Of a stretch of 64,000 bases of DNA, positions 50,521-63,500 are shown one piece after another (positions within the stretch are counted from its first letter, which is position 1; every line of letters starts with the position of its first letter). The position numbers and the translations under genes were made by a program. This stretch comes from Haliotis rubra. Taxonomy: Eukaryota. The DNA lies in the NCBI RefSeq assembly GCF_003918875.1, contig NW_025765170.1:930001-994000 (forward strand). The letters are read 5' to 3'. The notes under the pieces are model-generated. The model had not been told where the DNA came from, searched no databases, and saw only the letters and a list, made by a program, of their open reading frames with translations.

Positions 50521-53021
50521 AATTAGAAATCAACCCTAAAACATATCAAAACAGGGTATTTTCACCGGATTGAACGGCTGGGCATGTAAAGTTTTAAGAG
50601 CCTGTTTGACTGAATTTGATCACACCTGGCTTCATGCATTTTTACGAACACAGTATACGCACATATTCACGTCATACCTCAACAGCATGAATGTCGGAAA
50701 CAATTTGATATACATATATCCAACATTATTTGAGTGCATTTCCCCTGAGATGAAATGAAAGGCATTTTAACGTCTTTTCAGTCGCTCCTAATTTTTATCC
50801 GTATGGAAAAAGACGATTGTATTCTGTATTTCACATCGAAAAGGTTAAAAGGTATCTTTTGAAATATTTATTCTGACAAGTCACATTCGGCATTTATCCT
50901 TGTCACGTAAAAGCAATTATTTGCATTTAGAACACAACATGTACATGGCCTCCCACGCAAATCAATAATGACAATGTTTTCCCGTGAGCAAACTTTCATT
51001 GTTTAACTTTATATGGCCTAAAAATTGGAAAAAGGAAAACGGAATATATTAATTTACAATGATAAATTTCTTTGGATATACATAAAAATGTTAGATAACC
51101 TCTGTTGGTGTTGCCCTTGTCATTTCAGGTTTGATTAAGTACATATCCATTATTTTGATACAGCGAAGCAAGATGACCAGGCTTGAGTTTTAAATGGAGC
51201 TTTTGGCACTGTATGCTGTCCTTCAGTCTGTCTGTCTGTTTAACGTTTGACGTCTCATTCAAAACTGCCTGAAGGAGGGACATTGAAGTTTATTGGCGTG
51301 TTTCGCATCATAATAGACAGAAGAATTCACAACCACAATAATCAAATTTTGTTTTTTATAAAAATATGTAATAAAATATATAAATGAAATTGTGTAAAAA
51401 GTAAAACAGTTTCTTCCGCAAAGAAAACCACATGTCGACGTTTAAGACGCACGTGTACATTATGTACAGCAGTAATGTGGGATTCAATGAAAGTTCAGAA
51501 AAGGTATATTAATGATAAAGGAAAATGGATATAACGTTGTTTTCATTCTTTAAGAACAATCAAATTTAAAAGGCCCGAAGGAGTGAAATTTTCGTTAAGA
51601 CGTTTCGGATCGTAATGTGATTTTTGTTTGTTTAATGACACGTTTTCATAATTGTTGAGAGCGGACTGTCCATGTCTTCTTTCCTATCTGTAACAAACGT
51701 CTTAAATATATCAGCTACTTACATTTCCTCGTGAGTGAAATTAAAAAGGACGACGAAATTTGCGTCGAGTCAATCGAATGGGGATTCGAATAACCAGATT
51801 TTATAAAAAAGCCATATGTTACATAACGTTTAAAATAAAATGACACTAAATATACTAAGGAAATAAGACAAAAACTAAAATATCTTTAGTCTTGCCATGC
51901 ATAAAAATAGTTGATGCATGTAACTAACTCGTTTCTTCTATTTCGATCGCGAGTGAAAATGTGTTTCACATCAGTCAAGTCTCGTCTCGTGTGTTCACTG
52001 ATCTAATTCCGTGCGTTTATGTATCAGGAGATTAGTGTCCGTAATGGCAAAAGTGTGTCAAGTGCACTGGTCACATCAATCAGGAAGAATTATCTCCTTC
52101 TGCAATCAGAAATAAGTGTCTTCGATGCTACTGACACTGTCATTCACAACATTGTCTGTACGTTACTTTCACAGTCGGACGATCGGGAATAACTGATGAA
52201 AGCATTGGTTTATCGTTGGAAGTGGAGGTCTGTGTAATGATGGAACTTGCAGGATGGGGAGGGACGGAAGTGTGGTGGTATATCGTTAGGGGAAGGAGGA
52301 GGATAATAGAAATATGTTAGCGAAGAAAATGATAAAATCTTGAAATCATTAACAACGAAGATTACGGGAAATACCGTCAAGTTCCAATCTCGCAAAGACC
52401 TCTTTTCCCCACCAATCCCTTTTAATTTTTGTTGGGAAAGTGAGTGTATACATGTGTTGTTAAACGCACGAAATTATCTTTGTATAGCTTTTTATTAAAA
52501 CAAACGTCTACATATACAAAAATTTATAAAATATTATCATGTGTTTTTGTCACGGCTGTCCTCTATGTACGTGTATTTGTAAGCAGAGTGAAGCACGTCA
52601 AGATTTACAGCATAGTAAGCAGCGGGATCTCAGAATTTCTACAAAATTATTTAAATTATGGAAAATCATTCAAAATTAACAACTGAAATTTCAGTTTATC
52701 GATCACCTGATTGTTTGGTTTGTTTACAGGTCACCGCATGGCATGGCATTGTTTAGGTAGCTGTGAAAGTAGGTGCTACCGGTGGGGCAATACATGCTGA
52801 CCCTGTTTACAAACACCTGGTGTCATCACTGTGTCACAACTATCCATTCACATAATTTCACAACTATACTACCCCTAACACCAAACATGATTTGGAGGAG
52901 GGTCAAGACTGTATATTAATGTTTTCACGGCTGTGCTATGTTTATCAGTACTAGAAAACGATTTCATATAGCCATGCTGGGATTCGAACTGCGAATGTAA
53001 ACAAGGATATACTGCAAATAC

Positions 53022-53161
53022 GAACTGACTCAACTGAATGGTCGCGTGTTTTATCACGCTAAAAGGTCTCTTTATAAAATTTATGTTTTCATTCCTTTTA
53101 CAAATAGTGTATATATTGCCGCAGTACTGCTAAAAGTGTCTCTATCATCTGATTCATAATC
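53022..53161. repeat. ~140-bp near-identical local duplication with 55431-55566
   Basis: actcaactgaatggtcgcgtgttttatcac..ctatcatctgattcataatc at both sites. Confidence 0.9.
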
Positions 53162-54154
53162 TTAATGTATATACATGTATATATGTTTTTGGTTACATCG
53201 AAGATTGATTTCTCCACTAACTTGGGGGAACCAACTGCAAACCTTATGCAGATGAACTGCATGAGAATCATGCATCAAATTGCTGGAAAGCATGTGCAAA
53301 TGTCGTGCATGTGAAAAGCTGCGTTTTGGTGTAAAGTTTTGTTAAGAATTCGCCATTTTTCACTGCTTTTTATCATTTACTGAACTCATGACAGTAAACA
53401 TTTCAACTTTATGAATTTGTTTTACAATACATCAGTTCATGTGTAAACAGTACCTTTAAACAGTATGGAGTATTTTGCAAAATTAAGTTTAGAACAGTTG
53501 CCTGAAGTAAGTGGCTATATTGACACTAGTGAGTCTAAACCTTTTGATGGGAAATATATATTTACTGTGCCAAGAAAAGATTTCATATAGTCTTGCTCGG
53601 ATTCAAACTGCGAATTTTAACAAGGAAATACTTTAATGCTGTACCCAAATGTCCCATTGAAGTCCTAACGAGCATTAGTTTTACTATCATATACTGTATA
53701 TTAAGCATCCGAAACCACGTTCCAGCACGACGCAGAGCATTCAGCCTGGGTTCCACGTACACATGAAACGACAGAAAAGTGACCTTTAGTTCACGGGAAG
53801 GTTTATAAATTTCCTTTTTTAGCCGGACTCAATGATTACAGTTAATGAGTACATGAGATGCATGGAAGTCTTAATAGTGACGGTTCCGTTGCATATGGAA
53901 TCGGTTTAACGAATGTCCAGACTAACGTTTATAGGCACTAGGTAGGAGGTTATTTCTCCGTGTGTATTTATATACACATGCATTTGTCAAGATAAACGTC
54001 CGTCCGGAATGAGGGGTTTCCGTACAAACGTGGTCCGGGTAAACAAGGATTGTTTGTATCGTATTTATATATCTAGATGCAACATTAATTAATCTACAGG
54101 GGCATGCTGCTAACCTTGGGTGTAAATTTCACATCACTTACTTCAAACCGAGAA

Positions 54155-54322
54155 GGGGGCGGTGGTTTAGCCAAGTGGTTAAAGCGTTCGCTCATCATGC
54201 CGAAGACCCGGGTTCGATTCCCCACATGGGTACAATGTGTGAAGCTCATTTCTGGTGTCCGCCGCCGCGTTATTGCTGGAATATTGCTAAAAGCGGCGTA
54301 AAACTAAACTAAACTCACTCAC
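54155..54322 (+). mobile_element. SINE family A
   Basis: Full length with A and B boxes and tail. Confidence 0.9.
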
Positions 54323-54674
54323 TCTTTCAGGTGAAAACATATAAGGGATTCGTGGTGCCATAGACAAATGGGTTACCTGTGCCATTTCTGTACTAGCTTG
54401 AAACTAATTACAAACGCAACAAATCCAGGAAGTATGGAGGTCAAATGTATTAACTGTTGCATCCATCTTTAGAAGGTTAGTATTAAATTGCATCAATCAA
54501 CTATTCATTTTAGATTACGTTTAAGTATTTGCCCTTCATATCGAGCAATTGACCATCCTCACTTGATGCGGACAATCTGTAAACTTGAACAGATTGTCAT
54601 CTACAGGTAAGTTGTTTGTTCTTTAATGTTTGTTTACTAAGTCTGAACCAGACAATCCCGTGAAGACTGCCGAG

Positions 54675-54922
54675 TGAGTGAGTGAGTGAGTTTAGTTTTA
54701 CGCCGCACTCAGCAATATTCCAGCTATATGGCGGCGGTCTGTAAATAATCGAGTCTGGGCCAGACAATCCAGTGATCAACAGCATGAACATCGATCTGCG
54801 CAGTTGGGAACAGATGACATGTGTCAACCATGTCAGCGAGCCTGACCACCCGATCCCGTTAGTCGCCTGTTCCGAAAGCATGGGTTACTGAAGGTTCATT
54901 CTAACCCGGACCTTCACGGGTC
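54675..54922 (-). mobile_element. SINE-like family B, young full-length copy
   Basis: Perfect 13-bp TSD gaagactgccgag (54662-54674 and 54923-54935); 5' end GACCCGTGAAGG. Confidence 0.95.
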
Positions 54923-54959
54923 GAAGACTGCCGAGATGAGCATCTATCTTCTTTGTTTC

Positions 54960-55168
54960 CTTAATGGCGTACGCAGCAATACCCCTATATGGCAGCAGTC
55001 TGAATATAATTGAGACTCGATCAACAGCATGAGCATCGATGTACGCAATTGGGATACAATGACATGTGTCAACCAGGTCAGCGAGCCTGAACCACCCGAT
55101 CCCGTTAGCCGCCCCTTACGACAAGCATGGGTTGCTGAAGATTAGTTCCAACCCGAACCTTCACGGGG
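54960..55168 (-). mobile_element. SINE-like family B copy
   Basis: Reverse-complement head cccgtgaaggttcgggttggaactaatcttcagcaacccatg. Confidence 0.85.
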
Positions 55169-56026
55169 TAATCCGAATGAACAAGGATTCCAATCTGAAT
55201 GTGTAGCTCCAATATACACAAATTATTAAACATATACAATGTCTAATATAAATATAATACTATTTAAAGACCGTATGCATCGGCTACCATATTATGACCT
55301 GTTTTTCAAATGGATAGGAAAGTCATAACACAGAAAGCCCACGTGCGATCCCAATCATATGACGTGTGTAAAATGCATAAATCCAGTCTTTGATAAAGAG
55401 AGCGCAAAACCATAATCACTCTCACAAATTAACTCAACTGAATGGTCGCGTGTTTTATCACTCTAAAAAGGTCTCTTTATAAAATTTATGTTTTCATTCC
55501 TTTTACCAATATTGTATATATTGCCGCAGTACTGCTTAAAGTGTCGCTATCATCTGATTCATAATCGCTCACGCATGTCTGGGTTATTTCGTCCGAGCAA
55601 ATCAGGGTTGCAGCTGCAGTTATCGCGTCTCTTATCTGATCACTCTAAATATATGTCTCTTCTGGGAGCAAATGATTGTTCCGTGAAAAGTGTTTACCAG
55701 TGTACGCTGAAGGATTTACGGCGCACATTGGTTCTGGTTCTCGAACTCGGTATTAATCATACAGTTGTTTCCCAGTGCAAGAAAAACATTCATGTTGTTT
55801 TCGTGAGGGCGGTTATCTTTTTTTTCTTTTACGAGGATTTTGTTTTTGACCTCGACCTTTTTCGTTCAGTTTCGACGAAAATTACACTTGGTTAGAAATA
55901 AGTGATTAATTAAAAGCTTGATATTTTATATTAAGACAGTAGGAACTGTTGGTGTTTGCTGCAGAACCAGCTGTACAAATGGGCAGACTATTCTAACGAG
56001 ACCATCTGTAGCCTCAAGCACCTACT

Positions 56027-56517
56027 CAGAGGCCCAGATAAACTGCGTATCCGGGTAAAATACGCATGGAAAATTTCCAATTACGCATTGAAAAATAATT
56101 GTTGCGTACCAATTACGCATTTAAAATGTTACATACGAAAAAAGTTTAAAACAAATGCGTACGGAATATATTTATAAAAATCGCTTGCGTAATGAAAAAG
56201 ACATCGATTGCTATCAAGTTGTACTGATAGTATATGACTAGTGTTGTACTGTCAGTATAGGATGAGTGATTTTTTTATGAAATCATTTCCATTATATTTC
56301 AGTTGGTTTTGATTAGGTATGACATAAGGCAGAATATACCTGCTTAGTAAACTTACTCAATGACATGATACTTAGGTGAGTAAAATGACTGAAATACGCA
56401 CATATTTGAAAGCTGTCGGTAACGGAAAATGAAATACCCACTCAACATTCATAATACCCACTCCAAAAATACAGTGGGTACAGTACCCACATGAGCTAAA
56501 TCTTATCTGGAGCTCTG
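56027..56517. mobile_element. MITE with CAGAG termini (hAT-like, tentative)
   Basis: cagaggcccagataa / ttatctggagctctg; subterminal tacgca/taccca repeats; flanks share cctac. Confidence 0.6.
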
Positions 56518-56681
56518 CCTACATAAAGAAACATGCAGTAACCGCAATAAGCAAGGACATGTAATGTAGTTCATATGTGCTACTTGCAAAAAGAGTTTAA
56601 GAACACTGATTCAAAAACTGACTTAAGCTAAAATCTGTTATGTCATGGAGCTATCTCTCGGCATGACGGATAACATAAATA

Positions 56682-56912
56682 CCCATGAAGTTCCGGGTTA
56701 GAATTAGTCTTCTGCAACCCATGTTTATCGTAAGAGGCGATTAACTGCATCGGGTGGTCAGGCTCTCTGACACATGTCATCTTATCCCAGTTGCGTAGAA
56801 CGATGCTATGCTGATGGTCTCTGGATTGTCTCGTCCAGACTCGATTATTTACAGACCGCCACCATATACCTGGAATATTGGTGAGTGTGGTGTTAAACAA
56901 CAACCAACCAAC
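56682..56912 (+). mobile_element. SINE-like family B copy, diverged
   Basis: cccatgaagttccgggttagaattagtcttc... (caac)n tail. Confidence 0.85.
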
Positions 56913-57239
56913 CAACGACAGGTAACAAAGTAACTACAGTCATATGAAATTATTAGGCATTCTTTTTCTCCGTTTAAAGGAGAATACGAACGAAAACAAA
57001 ACGTTTGATATATTGTAAAGGATATTCTAAAAGTCACATTCCGTGATTACAATTGAACAAAAAGTTTGTAAAATAGCAATAAAAACACAAAAACGTACTC
57101 GTATTTCCGCCTATTACGGAAACACTCGACGGTTAATGAGCAGAGGGGGTATCACGTGACATAAGTCATAAGTGCGTCATAAGTGCCTGTTGCTGATGGC
57201 TTCCTCTTTGATTTTACCTCTCACAACTTAACAGTGTCC

Positions 57240-57390
57240 ATGGATTCTGAAGCAGTAAAAGATGTTCCTGATGTCATTTCTGAAATGGATGTTAGACCGT
57301 ATCAATACGATCTGATTTTACATCATGCAAGACAATCTTCCACTGAAGATGAAGAAGAAGAATCAAGCGAAACGGAGGCACCGCTTGAGG
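57240..57390 (+). pseudogene. Kolobok accessory protein (KolX-like) N-terminal exon relic
   Basis: MDSE..MDVRPYQYD..SSTEDEEEESSE resembles the V.PY.FEP plus acidic tract seen at the start of Kolobok second ORFs. Confidence 0.55.
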
Positions 57391-58001
57391 TCAAAATAAA
57401 TTTAAAAATATACCACATCATTTAACAAGATTACTATTTGTCAGCAAAATGTCATACAGTTCAAGCCAGCAAACTCACCCTATAAATATATGACCAGTCA
57501 CTAAGAATTATTTAAAAAAAATGTGATTACAGTTCATTTTGTGTCAAATGGTGACTGTAGGGTGTCTGGGATTTAGAAACAAAATAATTATGCTTCAGAC
57601 GAGGGAAAATAAAAATTATCTGCTTCAAAAATTACACTGGAATTATTTTGTTGAAAAAAATTAGGATCCTAGTTCTCATTAATAACGTATCAAGTCTCGA
57701 TACAAGATCCCAGCCTGGTCGAGCAGAGATAATATTCGCGACGCAGATGTTATTCCCCGAAAACTAGTGAATTATAAAATACTTGTCAGGACAACGTATG
57801 TTTCCCCATTGTTTGGTTGTAACTGGACAAAATGGAAGACAATGAAAGCAACAAGTACTTCATGATTTGCCGTTGTATTCGGCAATGTTTAGAGTTGACT
57901 GCATCATTTAGGGCTCCAAACCGAAAAGAACGTTATAGCGAGACATTTTCAAGCTCATGTGAAATCTCTTACTGATTTTGATAATATATATCTCATGTGT
58001 A

Positions 58002-58363
58002 CCAGTCGAACTGCCCCAGCTACAAAATGCCCCAGCAAATTTTGTCATTCATTCTAATTTGTTCAAATTTATTTATATTGATTGAATATATGCCGTAAGT
58101 GCATAGTTTTTGTCAACTTATTATGATATTACGTTCTTCATATAAAAGTTATTAGGAAGTAATATTTCTGATAACTGTTTCATCAGTAAACTCATAACTA
58201 TGTATATACTTATATATGAAGAACATAATATCAAAGTTGACAAAACTATGCATCTATGGCCTATATTTATTCATTTTAAATAAATTGGGGCATTTTGACT
58301 ACCCTACTGGGGCAATTTGACCAAATTTGCTGGGTCATTTTGTAGCGGGGGCAATTCGACTGG
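58002..58363. mobile_element. Fold-back MITE nested in the Kolobok element
   Basis: ~41-bp TIR ccagtcgaa(c/t)tgccc..gctacaaaatg.cccagcaaattt; the inner sequence is also palindromic (tgcatagtttttgtcaactt / aagttgacaaaactatgca). Confidence 0.85.
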
Positions 58364-58439
58364 CAATCGGACTTGATTTAATTTATGTTCAAAATACCAC
58401 TGACAGTAAGTTGTTACAGGGAATGATGGAGTATAATTA

Positions 58440-58649
58440 ATGAATCTCGTGGGTACTTTTTCCTTCTTCAGCCTTCCTTGGGGATTTCCATACCCCATGC
58501 GTGCATGTCTCTTTCATATGCGTCCGAATCGGAATGACCGGCGCATTTCTCCTGCCGAAATCTGTCATTACACTTGGAAAACGGAAGAAATGGTGGTTCT
58601 TTCCCATGTTCGATGATGCCGTGCATCCCCAGCCAACGAAATACACCAT
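58440..58649 (-). pseudogene. THAP zinc-finger (transposase N-terminus) relic
   Basis: MVYFVGWGCTASSNMGKNHHFFRFP..RRNA, then after a frameshift or deletion MGYGNPQGRLKKEKVPTRF (AVPTIF-type box). Confidence 0.8.
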
Positions 58650-60074
58650 CGTACCATTTACAAAAACGACAGAAACAACACGATTTGTACTACTGTAGCA
58701 CTTGGTCTTTGGCAATATGGCGGACTCCAGGCACATTTGACGTCACGAGCGGAAAGGTCACGTGGGTTCCAGCGAAATATGCATAATGGCCGAAGCTGAG
58801 ATTTACAGAAACTGTTTTCGCGATTAAAACATAATTATAATTTTTAATTGAAATTTTGGGAACAAGTTTCTTATGACTTTATCTTTCACCCATCAAATTA
58901 TTGCAATTCACTCGTATTCTCCTTTAAGTAGCATATTACATCTTAAAGTCTTCAGCAAAAAGTAAACAGTATTGTGACGGCAATGTTACAGTGTCGATTA
59001 CGCAATGTTTAACAACTGCGTACAATTGCACTGACGATTCTAACCGCGAGGTGAAAGCTTCCTGTGTTAAAACGTGTCAATATTTCCTTAAATCTGAAAT
59101 CAATAAAAACATTGAACATATCTAAAATGATGTATTGACCACACGACTACCCGACCGCTTCTTGTTACTGTGTAACTGAAGTCATGGCATGGCAATTAAA
59201 TCATAGCATGTGTTACCGCATAGAACGCAATCTGAATAAGCGTAACTTAGACAAATACCTTTATCATATTTTATCGATTTGATAATGTAGATATACATAA
59301 TATAGATAATTCAGTCAATGTAAATGACTTAAGAATCTGTAATTATTTTTTATTTATTAATTATTCCGAACATTACGATTTCTTATTTCAGTCAGACACT
59401 GGAAATAATAGAATTTAAATAAAACGTACATGTTGCTGCTAAGCCCAGAATAATTAGTCTATGGAGATTTGGCTCCTTCGTTGTGAAGCCTTTTGAAACT
59501 TCACAATATATTTTCACTCTGTGATTTGTTTGTTTGTGTTTTTATTGTTTAACGCAAAAACTGTAGTCTTGACCAGACAATCTGGTGATCACCATCACGA
59601 GCATAACCAGAGAATGGGTCTAAAGGAGCAATACATTGAATTCACAAAGGAAAAATCAATAACCAGTGTATCATTGATGGAATTACGCAATTGGGATATG
59701 ATGACGTTTTCACTCTATGAAATATACGGACAGAGTCTTCAGTCATCTTGTAATAGGTCTAATTTATATCATTTTCCAAATTTTCCAATCGTATCACATT
59801 TTGCAATTAGACAGATTTTACACAGTGACTTTGACATGTATGAAGTTTCCGGCTTAGTACCTGCGTAACTAGCAGTAAACATTTCATATTTGATTGAAGT
59901 ATTGCTATTGTGACTATTTCAGTTATGTTCGACATATATGTATAGTCAAGTACTCTATTACCAGTGACACCTATTTGGAACATCTACATTGTAAGTTGTG
60001 TCAGTCCCCTTCTGTTGACACGAGTTCTTCATTTCGACACTGATTAAACCAATATACGGTTTCATTTCGCATCT

Positions 60075-60504
60075 CTGTGGGGGTATGTAAGTCCCACAAC
60101 TTTCAAAGCAAATTTATGCTTACCAGCTTTTTAAACATAGTATTTGTGTTATTTTAGATTAAGGCTAAAGTTTCATACAATCGCCAGCGACTGAAGGGAT
60201 GGTGTAAGTCCAACTAAGGACCATGCAAGTAGCAAAGGTACTGTAAGTCCCCATGGTCCCTGGTGTGGTGACCTACCTTGGGTGGCTGGCGATCTATAGC
60301 CCATTTTTATGTTGTAATGTCCTACATAGTATCTAATTTTAAGTTACATGCTAGTTTTAAATCTCTTACTGTGATATACTAGTTGTTTTACTGTCCTTTG
60401 GTGACGGATTTTTATAAAATAAAATTCTAAAGTATTAACTGTTCTAGTCACGATATGGCTGAAATATTGCCAAAGTGACTTTAAATTTTAACTCACTCGC
60501 TCAC
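60075..60504 (+). mobile_element. 5'-truncated retroposon, probable LINE 3' UTR with the shared tail
   Basis: 13-bp TSD tcatttcgcatct (60062-60074 and 60505-60517); ends agtcacgatatggctgaaatattgccaaagtgactttaaattttaactcactcgctcac; body unrelated to families A, B and C. Confidence 0.8.
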
Positions 60505-63500
60505 TCATTTCGCATCTGGTTTTCAACATTTGACATGTAATTGCCTACAGCAGAATTCTATATTTTTCCGATCGGAAAATCGTCAAAACAAAACAAAACG
60601 AGCTATTCCACATATCATGTTACGTGAACTTAGAAAGAGAATTGCCTTTATTGGCTAATTGGATAAGCATTGAAATACATCTGAGGATTAAAAAAGGGAT
60701 TCTCTAAGATAGCAAGTAATTAGGACAAAACAACTTTTATTGAAATGATCATGATTCTGTTGGAACTATTAGCATTTTTTTTTCAATTTCATTGCACAAA
60801 GAAAGTCTACTAATTTCATTACCGTCATTCGCGATATTAACTTCAAGAAATCTCGTCAGCAGTCTCGTAGATAGTGTAAATGACATGAGTTCTCGTTTTT
60901 AAGTGTTCAACACATATTACTGAGTGAGATAACTTTAGAATTTACATATCTTTGTTGACTGCAATCCTCTGTGTAATATGTACTACATATCTTGCATTGC
61001 TCACATCAAGATAATATCCTCGAAACTAACCACTGAGACACTCACGATTATATTATTAAAAGGAATGAAATAAAACTGACAAATACATTTCCATATTCAT
61101 AACAAATCTACGATTCCGAGTCTATCATAATCATGTGTTTATAAATCACTATCAAATAGTGATGATACCAGTGCTCTCGAAAAAATAATCGTGTAGTGCC
61201 CCAGTCTGTCACAAATACATAAACATTGTTCTGAATCATCTTGAAAAATCACATGAATATATCAAATAGTGATGGATACGGCAGATGTCTCATTATATAA
61301 AAGAGAAATGAATGTAAAATGGTACTTATTGTAATGAAAATGATTGTAATCGTTTTGTTGACATATGTAACGTAGACACAGAAATAAGTAACGGTATGAA
61401 ATGAACCGTCATAAATATGGACGCTTCAGTATATTTCACAGTAAATACTGTCGGATGAAAAAAGTGCCGTAAACATTGTGGCAAAAGGTGTTTCACGAAT
61501 AAAAACGATTTTTTAAAGAAAAACACACACCAAAACAACGATGTGACACAGAATATACTTGAAATTATTTTCCCCTGTGGGTTTAAAAAGCTTGCTGGAC
61601 GTGGTGGGTGTCTTCTAGCTAAGGTGGTGAAAAAAACCCGTCTTTGCGTCGTTTCAGATAAATACGTTGTGTCATGTATGGCAAGAGGTGCTGAAACAAA
61701 GTCTGTCTGTGTAAAAAAACTCCAAAGTGTACATTCTGGTAGTGCTTTGACGGAGGTCGTCTATTTAATATGACTCGTCAGTTTTCAACATGTAGCCTAA
61801 TGCTTAGTCTCTGAATATATAATTTTGACAGAAACACATATCCAGTGTCAAAGGAGCACCAGTGAGATTGGAGATCCTGGACCTGAGGAAATCTAGACTT
61901 GTTTTACTTAGGGCTTTAGCATTGCAGACAGGGTGGTTGGAACGGAAAATAACGCGGTTCAGGGCCTGTGTGACAGACTAGTTAACATGATACACAATGG
62001 TATTCATTGCATACCTTTGTGCCATTAAATAGAAGCGACAAAACCGTTTCCACATCCAAATGAAATCTCGAATGTACAATTGTGACTATATTATGAGTGT
62101 ATATTTGTTTCAGCAGTATTACAGCTGTACGATGCTGTTTGTAAACAAATCAAGTGTGGACCAGACAATGCGATATGCATCGTCACCGTGCGGTACGATG
62201 ACAGAGCATGTGTTTGTGAATCACTATATGAAATAGTGATGATACCAGGTGTTCGCGAAAAGATAAGCGTATCGTGCCACACCGGTCATATACCATATAC
62301 ATATGCAAAGTCTAGTCAATTGTTCACCTGAAATAATACGGGAACGTATGGTGCAATTCAAAATAGGGAATTGCATCGGGCATCATTTTTGTCACTGATG
62401 CATCAAATTTCGGAATGTTCTCTACATGTGTACCATAAAACCTTTCTACAACACTGGCATTTTGTGTGAATATTCTGTGAGTGACGGGTGGTACCAGTAG
62501 AGCAGGGAAGATTCATTCATTAAATCGAAGGTTTTCATATAAATACATTTCACACCTATGCCCCACATCCTTTGGAAATATTCACTGGCCCTGACGTTTT
62601 GATTTAACCAAAAGAGGTCAGGTCCAAAGGAAGGAATAATTTTCATTCTAAACTTATGGGTGTGAATGTTTGTGAGATTGTTCAATTCAACGTAAATACG
62701 TCTTGCATTAACGTTGTTCTCTGAATCTCTGTACTTCTACACAACAGTCGTAATTCCAAAATATTTCACTGGATTTTTCGATCGCTTGATTGTTTGGTCT
62801 GTTCACAGGCCGCCGGCGTATGACAGGCCAGGAGCACTGCTTCGGGAAAAAATAAATCCATTTTTATGAATGGAGGGTGCTACTGGTAGGACAGGACCTT
62901 TTACCCTTTTCTTGAACACCTGGTGTCATCACTGAATATCAGTGATCCATGGATATAATTTTCGCAACTATTTTTCCATTAACACCAAACCAAATTTGTT
63001 TCTAATGTTAGTCAAGATTGGGTAATATATTTGCCCATCTTATTTTACGTCTTTATGTGAGCAAAAACGAAAAATGAAAATATGTTTAATATATATGAAA
63101 ATATGTTTAATATATATGATCATAATCAATAATTTAGATTAAATATATTTCTAATCAATAAACATGCATATGTAAGTGGATATAGTCAATAAAGTGCATA
63201 GTCATAAGAAAACTGTCAACAACCACTTGTAAGTTTTCAGCTATTTATTACGGTATTCTCCTCGATCTCACCGAGTTAGATTAAGTCGGGTCTGGGTTAT
63301 TTCCGCTTTCGACATTTATTAGATTTTACCCAGGTCTCAGTTTATCCCATTTGGACAAAACGCATCTCCATTAATCGTTACGTCCATTCAGTGTAATAAA
63401 ATAACTGTAACGATGTGATTAGAGGCTCAATTACCCAAGTCCACACAACAGATGGAAGTCACGGCCTGGCAATGTTAGCTGTAGCTGTGTTAACAGTGAC

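Larger units (their letters stand above)
56978..58923. mobile_element. Internally deleted Kolobok DNA transposon
   Basis: TIR aggagaatacga / tcgtattctcct, TTAA on both sides (56974-56977 and 58924-58927), convergent THAP-transposase and KolX gene starts. Confidence 0.85.

Noticed and set aside
54155-54235. tRNA-Asp-like gene
   Set aside because: Has A/B boxes and an Asp-like arm but no acceptor stem; it is the head of a multi-copy SINE with a shared tail
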